A model generated the notes under the pieces. The model saw only the letters and a list, made by a program, of their open reading frames with translations. It was not told the DNA's origin and did not search any database. Of a stretch of 64,000 bases of DNA, positions 1 to 15,046 are shown piece after piece. Both the position numbers and the translations under genes were made by a program. The stretch comes from the human T2T-CHM13v2.0 reference genome, Homo sapiens: NCBI RefSeq assembly GCF_009914755.1, contig NC_060927.1, one strand, 5' to 3'. The first letter of the stretch is position 1. The number at the start of each line of letters is the position of its first letter.

Positions 1-110
1 AAGCAGGAACTTTGTCTATGTCCTCAGTACCTAGAATATTCCCTGGCATATAATAGACAGTCAATATGTACTGAGTGAATACATGAAATTATCCATGTTT
101 AAGAATTCTA

Positions 111-400
111 GGCCAGGCACAGTGACTCATACCTGTAATCCCAGCACTTTGGGAGCCCGAGGCAGACAGATTACTTGAGGCGAGACATTCAAGACCAGCT
201 TGGCCAACATGGTGAAACCCCGTCTCTACTAAAAATATAAAAATTAGCCAGGTGTGGTGGTGCACACCTGTAGTCCCAGCTACTCAGGAGGCTGAGGCAC
301 GGGAATCACTTGAACCCAGGAGGTGGAGGTTGCAGTGAGCTGAGATTCTTGCCCCTGCACTCCAGCCTGGGAGGCAGAGCAAGGATCTGTCTCAAAAGAA
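111..400 (+). mobile_element. Alu (S-type), full length
   Basis: Dimeric Alu; target site duplication (TSD) aagaattcta at 101-110 and 401-410. Confidence 0.95.
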
Positions 401-531
401 AAGAATTCTACGCTAGCTCTGGCTGCAGTCCCAAAGAGAATTATTGGGTTCTGAATATTGACTATTCTGAAAACTCAGGGCATATTAACAGCATAATTTA
501 GATTCTTAAGAGTTAGAAAAGATCTTAGAAA

Positions 532-576
532 TAAACTAGTCCAAACTGTTGGAATTAAACTAGTCCAAACTGTTGG
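532..576. repeat. Short tandem duplication (taaactagtccaaactgttgg x2, period 24)
   Basis: Copies at 532-552 and 556-576. Confidence 0.9.
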
Positions 577-736
577 CATGTATTCTTAGATATTAAAGAA
601 CAAAAGAGTAAAATGGAAATAAGTTTTCTTTATGGTTCTAGTTTGATATTTCTTTTTTTTCTTTCATGATCTTAATGAACGCATAGTTTGATATTTTTTG
701 AAGTACTTGGACATTCGATGGTATTTGGTCACCTAG

Positions 737-1067
<331 letters not shown>

Positions 1068-3201
1068 ATCCCCAGGAAGTTTTATGATTTTAGAGTGAAA
1101 AGCCATGAAACCATTTTGTTCACATATAATTCACATTTTCTGAGAAATAGCGTCATGTTAATAATAGTTGAACAAAATGAACTACACTGGCGAATTAATA
1201 GAGTACAGTTAATTATCTCTGCTGTAATATTTTCATGGCATTTGTATGTAACTTTACATTTGTTAAATTTCACTTTGTTATTAACATTGTGCTGCTTTAT
1301 CTCCAATGCACAAAAGTGAATCCATTACTCAGAACTAGCCATTTAAGTATAAAATACTTGTGATAAAATGATGATAATATGGCAACTCAAAACAGCACCA
1401 TAACATAAATAGTAAACAAGACCTAATTGGGAACATTTCACGTGAATATGTACTGAGATAAGTGAATAACTGCCATTGTGATAAACTCACAAAAAGGGCA
1501 AATAAAAAGTATAAAAACGATTATCTGGAAATAGAATTGTATTAGACTGGTTATCTTCTCCTCAGTGCCTTTTCTGTTATGAAACTTGGTCAAATAATGG
1601 CATGAAGTCATTGAAACTGTTGCATTATTTCAGAGTACAGTGAGTTTTTCTAGAACAAATGTAAAATAAGGCCTTCTAGTATGAAATTAATTTTGTTGTT
1701 AGACATAAAAGTGACCAAATTAAAAAGACATCGTTCTCTACCCTGCTCACAGCAAAAACAGTTAAGATCACACTATTTCTAAGAAACATATAAAGATCAG
1801 CCTCAGAATTAATGACAGATATCTCAGAAAAAGCAAAATCAGTTACCATGTGACTCTATTGAATGTTATATAATCTTCGTGGCATACAGTATAGAAGAAC
1901 AATTAATATGTTTGCATGCTAGTGTTACTCAGTTCTTTCAGTTTGCATTTGGAAGAAACCACTGACATAGAGTGTGATCCAAGTATTAGCTTATGTGAGG
2001 TACATATATGATGAAGGAAAGTTAGAAAACTTTTATTTTCTATGTATCATTGAAAATCTATGTTACAGGAAAGGCTGTTTGTTTAGTTAATTATTTTGTC
2101 AGCTGTTTTTAGACTGGAAAGACAGACCATCAGCTATTTGTACAGCAAAGAAGGACATCATTACCCAAAAAAAGAGATTGAACCTAAAGTCAGTCTGTAT
2201 TCTTATTTCCAAAAAGATTTAGAAGTTGAGAAATAAGCCTTTGATATTGAATGAAAATGAAGATTAGAAATACCAGCAAATCATAGCCGTTGAGTGCAGT
2301 TTTGCATGCTGTGCAAAAATTGCCAGTGAATAAAAGGTTTTGCTTATCCAAACCAACATATGCCAACTTTTGAGGAAAGAAGTGCTAACTTGAGTTTTTA
2401 AAATAAGCGATGAGATTTAAAATACTTCTTTATGACACTGGTGCTGGCAGTAGAGATATTTCTGTGGCTTGCTCCAATGGTGTGTCTTAGTGATATATTC
2501 AGTATCTTGATTGGCCAGAATCCACCACTGTAGGCTGAAATGCCAGGATTTTCCTTGTGGAGGGCAAGGTACTGATTTTCCTAAGATGACTAAGCTATAG
2601 TGGAGACTGCTCACACTAAGAGCTTACCAACTCTTCCCCCTTGAAAACTTTTCCTCTTAAGAGAGAAAAAAAAATTTTTGTTAGATATATTTTTTAAAGT
2701 CCTAACTCTACAGAAGACCATAAGGAAATACTTTTCTGAGCCATGTTAACCAAAGAGTGAATTAGAAATCTGTTCACCACTCCTGCCAAGTGAGAGCCAG
2801 GCTTCCAGCATTGGAGTTTGTTCTTCTGTACACATACATAGTAAAAATTATTTGTAACTTCTATGTCTGTATTTAATTCATTTTTCAAAAACTATATGAC
2901 AGAGCCATCAAACATTTCCATTCCTGGTGACCTATACTTGTGAATTAGAGATTTCTAATTCAATAGATACCAAGAAGAAAGGAAACTGACTTACAATTTA
3001 ACTTATATATCAAGTTGACTAAAGATCCCTTGGTGAAAAATGGTCAGATTTCATTTATTTCACTAGCAGAAAATAGTTATTCTAATTATGATTTATTGTA
3101 AAATTTTATTTGATATTTTAAATGATGATGAATTTTATTTACCTAGAAGAGAGCAGTTAGAAAAACAATAATTAGTGTAGAGTCAGCAGCTACATGCTTC
3201 A

Positions 3202-3215
3202 CCACTAGATGGTGC
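3202..3215 (+). promoter_or_regulatory. Candidate CTCF site CCACTAGATGGTGC
   Basis: Close match to CTCF core CCACYAGRKGGCRC in non-repeat intron DNA; motif evidence only. Confidence 0.5.
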
Positions 3216-4467
3216 TCCTGCCTCAGCCATCTAAAGTGCTGAATCAGTGATGTGGAAACCAACAAATGTGCTGATGAAGTGTGGCCACTGAATAAGGAGA
3301 TTTAGGCTATGGAAAAATGGAATACAAATACATTGTCTTATAGTATTAGATAAGTAGGTTAGCACAGGCTAAAAATAGGAAATGCCTAACAGTCAAACTG
3401 TTTGCAGATTTTAAAAATTCAAAAAGAAGAGGAGAAAAATAAGCACGAATGGATACAGATTATAAAGTTTTATAATTTTTAACACAGTAATTTCATAAAT
3501 AATATAAAGTATTTGAGTATATAAATATAAATTTTAGATAGAAAACTCATACTTTAAGATAAATTTACATTCAGAATCAAGAAATAAGGACAAAAATCTT
3601 CAATAGAAAAATGTGGTTTAATAATATATATTGAAATTGACTTTAACTTGAGAGAGGGGACATGGAATTATGATAAATCAAATTCTTAATGTTTATTTTC
3701 GTACATAAATTTTCTGTGCTAAAAATCCTCCATCGTTTTTACATGAACTTCCGCCAAGCTAGTGCTAAGAATACAGTATTGAGTAAGACATGTTCTCTGT
3801 CCTCAGTGACCTCAGAGTCTGAGTGGTTGGGGCCAGTAGAGAAATTAGGCACTGCCTAGTCCCAGCTCCCACCTAATTCAGGAATCCTGTCAACTTCTTC
3901 CTAAATACTTGTGGTGAAAAGATGAAAAGAAACCCAGCCACTTCATACAAACTCATTGCTTTATAGGGCTAATTTTAGGAAAGTCTTCCTTATATTGAAG
4001 CATTTCAGTATAAATGCATTTCTGTCTAGCAGTTGTAATTCTTCCCTTTGGTGAAACACAGAACAAGTCAGCTTCTTCTTCCGCCCAATAGCCACTCAGA
4101 TCTTGATCACATCTACACTCTAGTCTTATTTTTTCTCAAGATTAAACATTACTACATTAGTAGCATCTTTCACAATCATTTTGAATATAGTTACACTTAC
4201 CTGTTTTGTGGTTTTTGCACATTATATATGATTCTATCTATAAATAATAGACAAAAATACTGATATATGTGAAATACTAATTAGAGACCTTTCTTGGGTT
4301 GACATTCATCTGCTATGCAAAACTCTGAGTAGAGTTCTTCAAATAGTTATGAAGCCAACCCGTATTTCTCTAACACAAAGATAATACAAAAATCTTTGTT
4401 ATGTAACTTTCAAACCTCATTATTTTATCAAGCAGTTATGGACCACCTGATATATAGAAAGCACCGT

Positions 4468-4887
<420 letters not shown>

Positions 4888-6167
4888 TCAGGTGGCAGTG
4901 GGAGCACAGAAGGCAGAGCTCTAGTCAGTCCCTGTCCTGGGGCCTCCCATGGAGCGTGGCACTTGAGCTCAATTCTGTAGGGTCAGAGGGGTTAGCACTG
5001 ATAGCAGGGGTGGGGTAGTGAGCGCTGGACAGCTGAAATCTAGACCTTCATCCTGATGCTAGTTTTTCCCTGTTTAGAACAGTTGAAGAATCACTCTCTC
5101 TGCTGAAGAATCCAGAAAAGAAAGGTGGTTTAGTCCCTCATTAGGCCTACTATTGAGAAAGATGTCCAAATATCTTGCCTTATTTGTTCTTCTCGCACCA
5201 AAATATCTTGAAAAAGAGATCTAATTTCTTCCATGATAAAACCACCAAAGATACAGGATTTCTGTATTATTAGACTATCAAAATAAAAGCAGAATGCACC
5301 CCCCCACCCACCCAAAAAAATAAAGCTGCTCAAATTGCTCTTTTTACCACTGCTTCCTTTGGGAGAAGAAAAATAATCAGTGAAAGGGAAATGAAGTGGG
5401 TAGGAATGACTGCAGGTAAAATTGTTAAGAATGCACTGTGACCTCCTACCTCCAGGATTGCAGCTTCCATCTTCCTTCTCTGGTCTTCTCCTACACCACA
5501 GCACACACATCCTCAATCTAGACACATTTGCTTCTTATCTCCTCTTCTCCCATTCTATCCAAGGTTTTCTCCAGAGTTGCAATTCTGCTAAACCCATTAA
5601 AACACCAGCTAATAACAAAGATGTTCATGCCCAAATAAAAGTTAGGATATAAATTATCCCAGATGTATTTGAATTTCCATAGAGTCTAGAAGACCGAGAG
5701 TCTTCAAGACTCAAGTGAATAAGGCTATAATAACCAGAATAAGGCCCTCTTGAATCATACCACCTTGATAGCCACCCTTCTGACCAGTTAATCAATCATT
5801 AGGCCAACCCAGGAGATACTTCCCACCTCATATGCCTTCCCAAAACATTGAGCCCCATAAGCATTACTTGAATCAGGCATCACTGTATAAATTAGAGGTA
5901 AACAAAAGAAGTGATGTGAAGGCAGTTGGGAAGTGAAGACTTGTGAGCAGAGAATTTTTTTTATTCTTCTTGGAAGTACAGAGGCAAATCCAAAATATAT
6001 AGATGTAGATTTAAAAATACAGTGCTGATTTTTACTAGGAATTACACTTAACATAATCAAAAAGCTAAAAGTTAAATTGGTCCCAAGTATGTTCATAAAA
6101 TGGCCTTTGAGAAAGTAGTGGAGATCTTTAATGTTTTTATTTGGTTTTATTTTCCTTTTGGAACCAG

Positions 6168-6254
6168 GTTATTCAGAGAATATTCTACACAGTCAACAGA
6201 TCTTGGAGTGGAAAAATTACTTCGACAGAGATAAGAAAAAGCAACTTTTTGCAA
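6168..6254 (+). CDS. PPP2R3A: PPP2R3A coding exon (87 nt, phase 0-0): VIQRIFYTVNRSWSGKITSTEIRKSNFLQ
   Basis: Pyrimidine tract and ccag acceptor ending 6167; gtatgc donor at 6255. Manual translation matches PR72/PR130 as recalled and joins the next exon in frame. Confidence 0.95.
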
Positions 6255-6309
6255 GTATGCCTTTCATTAGAATTCATGTGTAATGAGCAATTTAGATAAT
6301 TTTCTTACT

Positions 6310-6660
6310 TTATTTAACAAATATTTGAGCGCTTACTCTATTCAAAGCACTGTCACTACTTTCAGTCATTAAGCATTTATCAAATACCTGTCGTGGGATG
6401 CTGGAATGTTTTGGGTGAGGGGGTAAAAATGAAGAGAATAATAAGGGATCTCTGCCTGAAGGCATGCACTCTGGAGCAAAAGAGTGAAGTGTACAGACAC
6501 TAAACCTGACTTGATAAATTCCATAGACATGGATAAAACGTACAGAGGCGGCTTCACAATAGATAAGCCTGGAGGGGTGGGCTGGGGCTAGGTTGGGAAG
6601 GGTCTTGGAAAGGCCTTGGAAGATTTTAAACTTGATCCTTTCAGCAATGACTCTGTATCC
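6310..6660 (-). mobile_element. Degraded L2-like fragment
   Basis: atttaacaaatatttgagcgcttact resembles a reversed L2 3' end; highly diverged. Confidence 0.4.
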
Positions 6661-7206
6661 AGCACCTGCTAGAGAAAAGTACTAAAAATTCCTTTTAAGA
6701 AAGAATACATTTCATTCAATTATTTTATTCATATTACCAAATGAGAGAGAAAGTATTGACCACTAGTGGGAGCCTTTTACCGAAGTAATCTTCATGCCTG
6801 ATTGTTTAAGCTTCTGTAAACATAAAGTGAAATTGTTCACACTTGGAAGAAAATGAAATGTTTTATTTTTAAGAATCATACTAAATGGAATTTAGGCTAA
6901 TAATACAACCTTACTTACTCTTTATTTTTTCCTATCTTCATCTGAGACAGAGTAATGAAGACTTGGCAAAATTAGCAGTCCATGATGGATATACAAACAT
7001 TTTTTTATTCTAAAATGAACAGTCATCATCACAGTCAGTGTTGATATTTATTGAACACCTGATGCCTGCCTGGGCTCTCAGTAGGTAATATGGGATGGGT
7101 TAAAATGGCAGTAATTCCATAATACCTCAAGAGTAATGATGATAATCCCCCACTTTCCTGAAGCACATTATAGGTTGTAGTTTCTGAATCATTTTTATAA
7201 TCCATA

Positions 7207-7507
7207 ATTTTTTTTTTTTTTTTTTTTGAGACAGAGTCTTGCTCTCTTGCCCAGGCTGGAGTGCAGTGGTGCGATCTGGGTTCACCACAATGTCCGCCTT
7301 CTGGATTCAAGTGATTCTTCTGCCTTAGCCTCCTGAGTAGCTGGGACTACAGGCGTGTGCCACCATGCCCAGCTCATTTTTGTATTTTTAGTAGAAATGG
7401 GATTTCACTGTGTTGGCCAGGCTGGTCTCCAACTCCTGACCTCATGATCCACCTGCCTCAGCCTCCCGAAGTCCTGGGATTACAAGCGTGAGCCACCATG
7501 CCTGGCC
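7207..7507 (-). mobile_element. Alu (S-type)
   Basis: Poly-T then reverse Alu; TSD taatccata. Confidence 0.94.
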
Positions 7508-7719
7508 TAATCCATATTTTTTCTTTTTTGGCTTTTAAAATTAATCCTTTTTTTTTTTTTTACCAGTGATAAAATTTGAGGCCCAAATATACTTAAATGA
7601 TTTGTATAAGATCACACAAAAGTAAGTTGCTGAACTGGAAAAAGAACTCAAGTGTTCTGCTTCCTAGAGCATGATTTATTTTCTCCTCGCTTTCCTTCCC
7701 TGCCCCTTTCCTTAGTCTT

Positions 7720-8330
7720 CCTCTTCGTACTTAAACAATACTCATAAAACATTCAAATAATATGAGCACATCTAGAGTAATAAACAGAAGTCACTATTCT
7801 TCACTCTACCATTTTACCCCCTTTCCCCAGAGGGGGACCCATATCATCTGTGGTTTTATTCTCTTATATACATGTAGTATATAGTTTTGTTTTGTATGGC
7901 TGCTATTTTGAGGGTTTTCAAAAAATATATGGGTTCATACTATTCTCTTAACTTGGTTTTTTCACTTAACAGTGTCTCAGGGTTTTTTTCATTTCCATTC
8001 ATATAAGTCTATCTCATTCTTTCAACTACTGCATAATCAATTCCATGGCTAAAGTGTAATTAATTACATATTCCTCTATTGATGTCCAAATCGTTTTCAG
8101 ATTTCCTCTATTACAGTGATGCAGTGAACATCCTTGTATGGGGTATGAGTAAGAATGTCTGTAGAATAGACCACTGGAGGGAAAATCCTGGATCAAATAG
8201 TATGTGCATTTTTAATTTGGTGGATTCTGCCAAGTTACCCTCCAAAAAGCCTGCACTACTTTCACTTATATACTCACCAACAAAAGTTGCTGTCGTCTTC
8301 ATTTTATGCCAATCCAGTGGGTAAAAATAA
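7720..8330 (-). mobile_element. Old L1M 3' region, degraded
   Basis: Phrases such as gcagtgaacatccttgta and ctggatcaaatagtatgtgcattttaattt are typical of a reversed L1M 3' UTR. Confidence 0.5.
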
Positions 8331-8789
8331 TAGCGCTTTGCTTCTAAATATGTGCTTTATTGAAAGTGTTCTGCTTCTTACATATCAAAGGACATTTTAT
8401 AAAACAAAGTAATATGAGCAAGTTTGGAAGACAGAAGAAAAACCATATTTTATCACCCTTATACAACTAGTATCATTTTTGTCTGTATTCATCTAGTCTT
8501 ATTCATATGTATATATGCATTTTTAGGATTTTATGTAGTTCTTAGTGGGTACAATCTTGTATCCTATATTTTGTACTTACCATATCATGGTCTTCAGTGT
8601 AAACTTTATAATTTTTACTAGCTGCATAATTTTCTATCCAGCAGATTTACCATAACTTAATAATAATTTATGTTGTTGTTAGTTTGCCAGAGCACTTTGG
8701 TTTTCCAGTGTTTATATTTTAAAAAATAATTTTTTGTCAGAATACTAACATTTGTGTTATGAAATAGTCCTCTTTGTCCCTCATGTGTT

Positions 8790-9121
<332 letters not shown>

Positions 9122-10065
9122 TAATATTGATACCTGTTTATTTTTGTTAACATTTAACCGTGTATGTTTGTCCATCTTTTTTTTAACCTTCCTTATTTTT
9201 TTTAGATGTATCCCTTATAGATGCATATAGGTAGATCTGTTTTGGGGGCATGGTTTTGATACTTAATCAAAAAAATATTTTAATAGGGAGATGTATCACT
9301 TATCTTTATTGTGACTATTCATATATCTGATTTTATTTCTGCCATTTCATTTTTTTATATTTCTTACATTCTTTTGTGCTTTTATTTTTCTTTCTGAATC
9401 TTTCACTTCTGAATATGTCTTTATTTATCTGCCCACTTACATAATAATTTGGCTGACAACAGAATTGTGGGTTCAGTATCATTGATTCTGGATTTTGCCG
9501 TAGGGGAGTACAGTGAGTCAGGGAAGACCCAGGTTTACTTCCAGCTCAGGGCCCTGCATCTCTACCTGCCATGCCTATGCCAGGCCACCATGTATCATCA
9601 CTATTGTATATATGAGTAACCTTTGTGATATAAACTTAATTTTATTACAAAATGAAACCCTATATGTTGATGCCTACCCCTCTTAATGTTGCTCACATAA
9701 CTTTGAAAATTAAAAACAGTATTTGTTTCTGGCCAAATAATTAAGACTATGATCTAATTGTTCTTTTCATGCCAGTCTCTGACCTCTGACCAACTATAGT
9801 CCCCAAGGTAATGGTACTTCCCTTCCCCTGCTTTTACATCCTCCACAGCATCCAGCCCTTCACTGAGCATATTACAGAGCTCAGTAAATGCTTATAGATT
9901 GATTGGTTGATTAAAGGTAGGATGAGGTTGCCTATTAAAGGGTTTCTGATTTGGTACCAGAAAAAAATTTTAAATTCAGTTTAAAACAGAAATTCGCTAG
10001 ACTCTGCACAGTGGCCAAAGCTGCTTTTTCATAATGTTTAAATTCTTCTTTTCATATAATTTCAG

Positions 10066-10222
10066 ACCCTAGCACTTTTGGAAGAAGAGGAAGATATAAA
10101 CCAAATTACAGATTACTTCTCCTATGAACATTTCTATGTTATTTATTGTAAATTCTGGGAACTAGATACTGATCACGACCTCTACATCAGCCAGGCCGAT
10201 CTGTCTCGATACAATGACCAGG
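10066..10222 (+). CDS. PPP2R3A: PPP2R3A coding exon (157 nt) with EF-hand 1: [52 protein letters not shown]
   Basis: ttcag acceptor, gtaagt donor. B'' family motif [17 protein letters not shown] followed by EF loop [12 protein letters not shown]. Confidence 0.97.
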
Positions 10223-10825
10223 GTAAGTGATTCTGTAGATGCTAAGACTTAACCATTTTAAAGAGTTATATAAATTATCACTACTCATTATGAGAAATTC
10301 CCGTTTGCTAAATTCTAAACCTAATCAAGTCCTCTTTACAGGCCAATAATTTTTAAGAGGGGATGAGTGAAGATAATATAATTTTTTATTAAATTAATAA
10401 AAGGCCAGATGTAGGAGAAGGAGTTTGGAAGTAAGTAACCAATCACAGTCTTAGTTTTGATAAAGCGATGAGTCTTTATACTGGTGTGTATTTTCTGATG
10501 ATGAATTGAATAAGATCCACACCTGTTTAAATCTGTTTGAAAGAGAATATGTATACACCTTTATAACCCTTCCCACTTAACAATATTTCTGTAAAAAGCC
10601 AAGCATGAAAATAATGTTTTTAACTTGCCAAGTTTTATTTTCAAGGACTCACAAAAATTTACTTTTGGAAATTTTGTTCCAGAAAGATACGTCTCTGCAG
10701 ATGAATTTTGCGTGCTTTCTTTTGTCAGAAAACAAAAAATTACATATCACATGATAATACCCTTTTTACTTCATTTTTGCCAGCGGTAAATCTAGAACCT
10801 GTTGCCTACTGATTTAATATCCTTG

Positions 10826-13380
10826 GTTTTTTTGAGACAGCGTCTCACTTTGTCACCTAGGCTGGAATGCAGAAGCATGAACACGGCTCACTGTAACCTC
10901 AACCTCCTGGGCTCAAGCCATCCTACCACCTCAGCCCCTAAGTAGCTGGGACTACAGGCACATGCCACCATACCTGGCTAATTTTTTTGTATTTTTTTGT
11001 AAAGATGGTGGTATGGTTTGGCTATGTTCCCACCCAAATCTCATCTTGAATTGTAGCTCCCATAATCCCCACCTGTTGTGGCAGGGACCTGGTGGCAGGT
11101 AATTGAATCATGGGAGTGGGTCTTTCCCATGTAGTTCTCATGATAGTGAATAAGTCTCATGAGAGCTGATGGTTTTATAAAGGGGAGTTCCTCTGCACAT
11201 GCTCTCTTGCCTGCCACCCTGTAACATGTGCTGTTGCTTCTCCTTTGCCTTCCGCCATGATTGTGAGGCCTTCTCAGCCATGTGGAACTATGAGTCCATT
11301 AAACTCTTCCCATTATAAATTACCCAGTCTCAGGTATGTCTTTACTAGCAGCATGAGAACAGACTAATATAGTAAATTGGTACCAGTAGCATGGGGCGCT
11401 GCTGTAAAGATACCCGAAAATGTGGAAGGGACTTTGGAACTAGGTAATAGGCAGAGGTTGGAACAGTTTGGAGGGCTCAGATAAAGACAGGAACATGTGG
11501 GAAAGTTTGGAACTTCCTAGAGACTTGAATGGCTTTAACCAAAATGCTGATAGTGATATGGACAATAAAATCCAGGCTGAAGTGATCTCAGGTGGAGATG
11601 AGGAACTTGTTGGGAACTGGAGTAAAGGTCACTCTTGCTATGCAAAGAGACTTGGCATTTTGCCCCTGCCCTAGAGATCTGTGGAACTTTGAACTTGAAA
11701 GAGATGATTTGGGGTATGTGGTGGAAGAAATTCCTAAGCAGCAAAGCATTCAAGAAGTGACAGTGCATAAAAGTTTGGAAAATTTGCTGCCTGATAATGC
11801 AGTAGAAAATAAAAACCCATTTTCCGGGGAGAAATTCAAGCCCACTGCAGAAATTTGCATAAATAATGGGGAGTCAAATGCTAATCACCAAAACAATGGG
11901 GAAAATGTCTCCAGGGCATGTCAGAGACCATCATGACAGCCCCTCCCATCACAGGCCTGGAGGCCTAGGAGGGAAAAATGGTTTTCTGGGCCAGGCCTGG
12001 GGCCCCCCCTGCTCTATGCAGCCTCTGAACATGGTGACCTGCATCCCAGCTGTTTCAGCTCCAGCCATGGCTTAAAGGGGCCAACATACAGCTCAGGCCG
12101 TTGCTTCAGAGAATGCAAACCCCAGCCCTTGGTGGCGTCCACGTGGTGTTGGTTCTGTGGGTACACAGAAGTCAAGTATTGAGATTTGGGAACCTCCACC
12201 TAGATTTCAGAGGATGTATAAAAACACCTGGATGTCCAGGCAGAAATTTGCTGCAGGGGCAGAGCCCTCATGGAGAACCTCTGCTAGGGCAGTGTGGAAG
12301 GGAAATGTGGGGTTGAAGCCCCCACAGAGTCCCTACTGGGACACTGCCTAGTGGAGCTATGAGAAGAGGGCCACAATGCTCCAGGCCCCAGAATGGTAGA
12401 TCCACCAATAGTTTGCACCATGCACCTGGAAAAGCCACAGATACTCAATGCCAGCCCATGAAAGCAGCAAGGAAGGGAGCTGTACCCTACAAAGGCACAG
12501 GGGTGGACCTGCCCAAGGCCATGGGAACCTGCCTCTTGCATCAGTGTGCCATGGATATGAGACAGAGTCAAAGGAGATCATTTTGGAACTTTAAGGTTTA
12601 ATGACTGCAGTATTGGATTTCAGACTTGCATCGGGCCTGTAGCCCCTTTGTTTTGACTGATTTCTCCCATTTGGAACAGGTGTATTTACCCAATGCCTGT
12701 ATCCCTGTTGTATCTAGGAAGTAACTAACTTGCTTTTGATTTTACAGGCTCATAGGTGGAAGGAAGTTGGGTTGTCTCAGATGAGACTTTGGACTGTGGA
12801 CTTTTGAGTTAATGCTAAAATGAGTTAAGACTTTGGGGGGACTGTTGCGAAGGCATGATTGGTTTTGAAGTGTGGGGATCTGAGATATGGGAGGAGCCAT
12901 GGTTGGAACAATATGGTTTGGCTGTGTCCCCACCCAAATCTCTTATTGAATTGTAGCTCCCATAATCCCCAAGTGAAATGGGAGGGACCAGGTAGGAGTT
13001 AATTGAGTCATGGGGGCGGGTCTTTCCTGTGCTGCTCTCATGATAGTGAGTAAGTCTCATGAGAGCTCATGGTTTTAGAAAGGGGAGTTCCCCCACACAC
13101 ACCCCTGCTGCCATGTAAGATGTGCCTTTGCTTCTCCTTTGCCTTCCACCATGATTGTGAGGCCTCCCCAGCCATGTGGAACTGTGAGTCCATTAAACCT
13201 CTTTCCTTTATAAATTACCCAGTCTCAGGTATGTCGTTATTAGCAGCGTGAGAACAGACTAATACAGATGGGGTTTCGCCTTGTTGCCCAGGCTGGTCTC
13301 GAACTCTTGGGTTCAAGTGATCCACTCGCTTTGGCCTGCCAAAGTGCTAGGATTACAGGCATGATCCACCACACCTGGCC
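10826..13380 (-). mobile_element. Old Alu (J-type) split into 10826-11008 and 13267-13380 by the THE1 insertion
   Basis: The Alu resumes (gatggggtttcgcc) right after the LTR element; outer TSD tgatttaatat at 10810-10820 and 13381-13391. Confidence 0.9.
11009..13266 (+). mobile_element. Complete THE1 (ERVL-MaLR): 5' LTR 11009-11371, internal 11372-12908, 3' LTR 12909-13266
   Basis: Two ~360-bp LTRs (atggtttggct...gaacagactaat), internal start gtaaattggtacc, 5-bp TSD gatgg at 11004-11008 and 13267-13271. Confidence 0.93.
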
Positions 13381-13496
13381 TGATTTAATATTAACTAAGC
13401 ACTAAGATACATTGATTCATTCTTCTCTCATAAGATTGTCCCTGTTCTGTCCTTAAATGCCTTCTCAGGCACTGTTGATTTTTAAATGATACTTTA

Positions 13497-13944
<448 letters not shown>

Positions 13945-14002
13945 GGTTTGTTGTATATGATGTCAGGTTTCATAGAGCTTTGCGTATTTAAGAAATAAAG
14001 TT

Positions 14003-14296
<294 letters not shown>

Positions 14297-14720
14297 TTAT
14301 CCACTCACCAGACTGTCCCTAATGAGACAACATAGAATAACATGATCTTCAATTTTAGGAAGCTAAACCTTCCCAAGCTAAAAAATGCCTTTAAAAAAAG
14401 ATTTTGGCTTTACAATTAAATATCCTTGCCTTTCCTATATAGCCCTCTTTTTTTCTATCTAGTACAAATTAACCCCATAAACCAATGTTCAGCAAAATAT
14501 AGAAGGTCTTTATATAAGCTTTGGTGTGTGGCCAGGCACGGCTGTTCCAATACACATATTCCCAACTTTCTTTGGCCAAACCAATTTACCTTTATGCTAA
14601 CTGTACCTAACTATGTGCAGAAGAATTCGATGCTGATAGCTGCTAAGTCCCTAATGACCTTATTGATGATCCTGAAATTTTAGTGTGCATGCCATTGCCT
14701 GGGGCATCTGTTAAAGAACA

Positions 14721-15022
<302 letters not shown>

Positions 15023-15043
15023 TGAAAGAACAGGTCTCTAGTC

Positions 15044-15046
<3 letters not shown>

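Noticed and set aside
5130-5652. 131-aa and 76-aa opposing ORFs
   Set aside because: No motifs or splice support; consistent with chance.
11468-12601. Cluster of overlapping ORFs
   Set aside because: Decayed THE1 internal region; short, broken frames.
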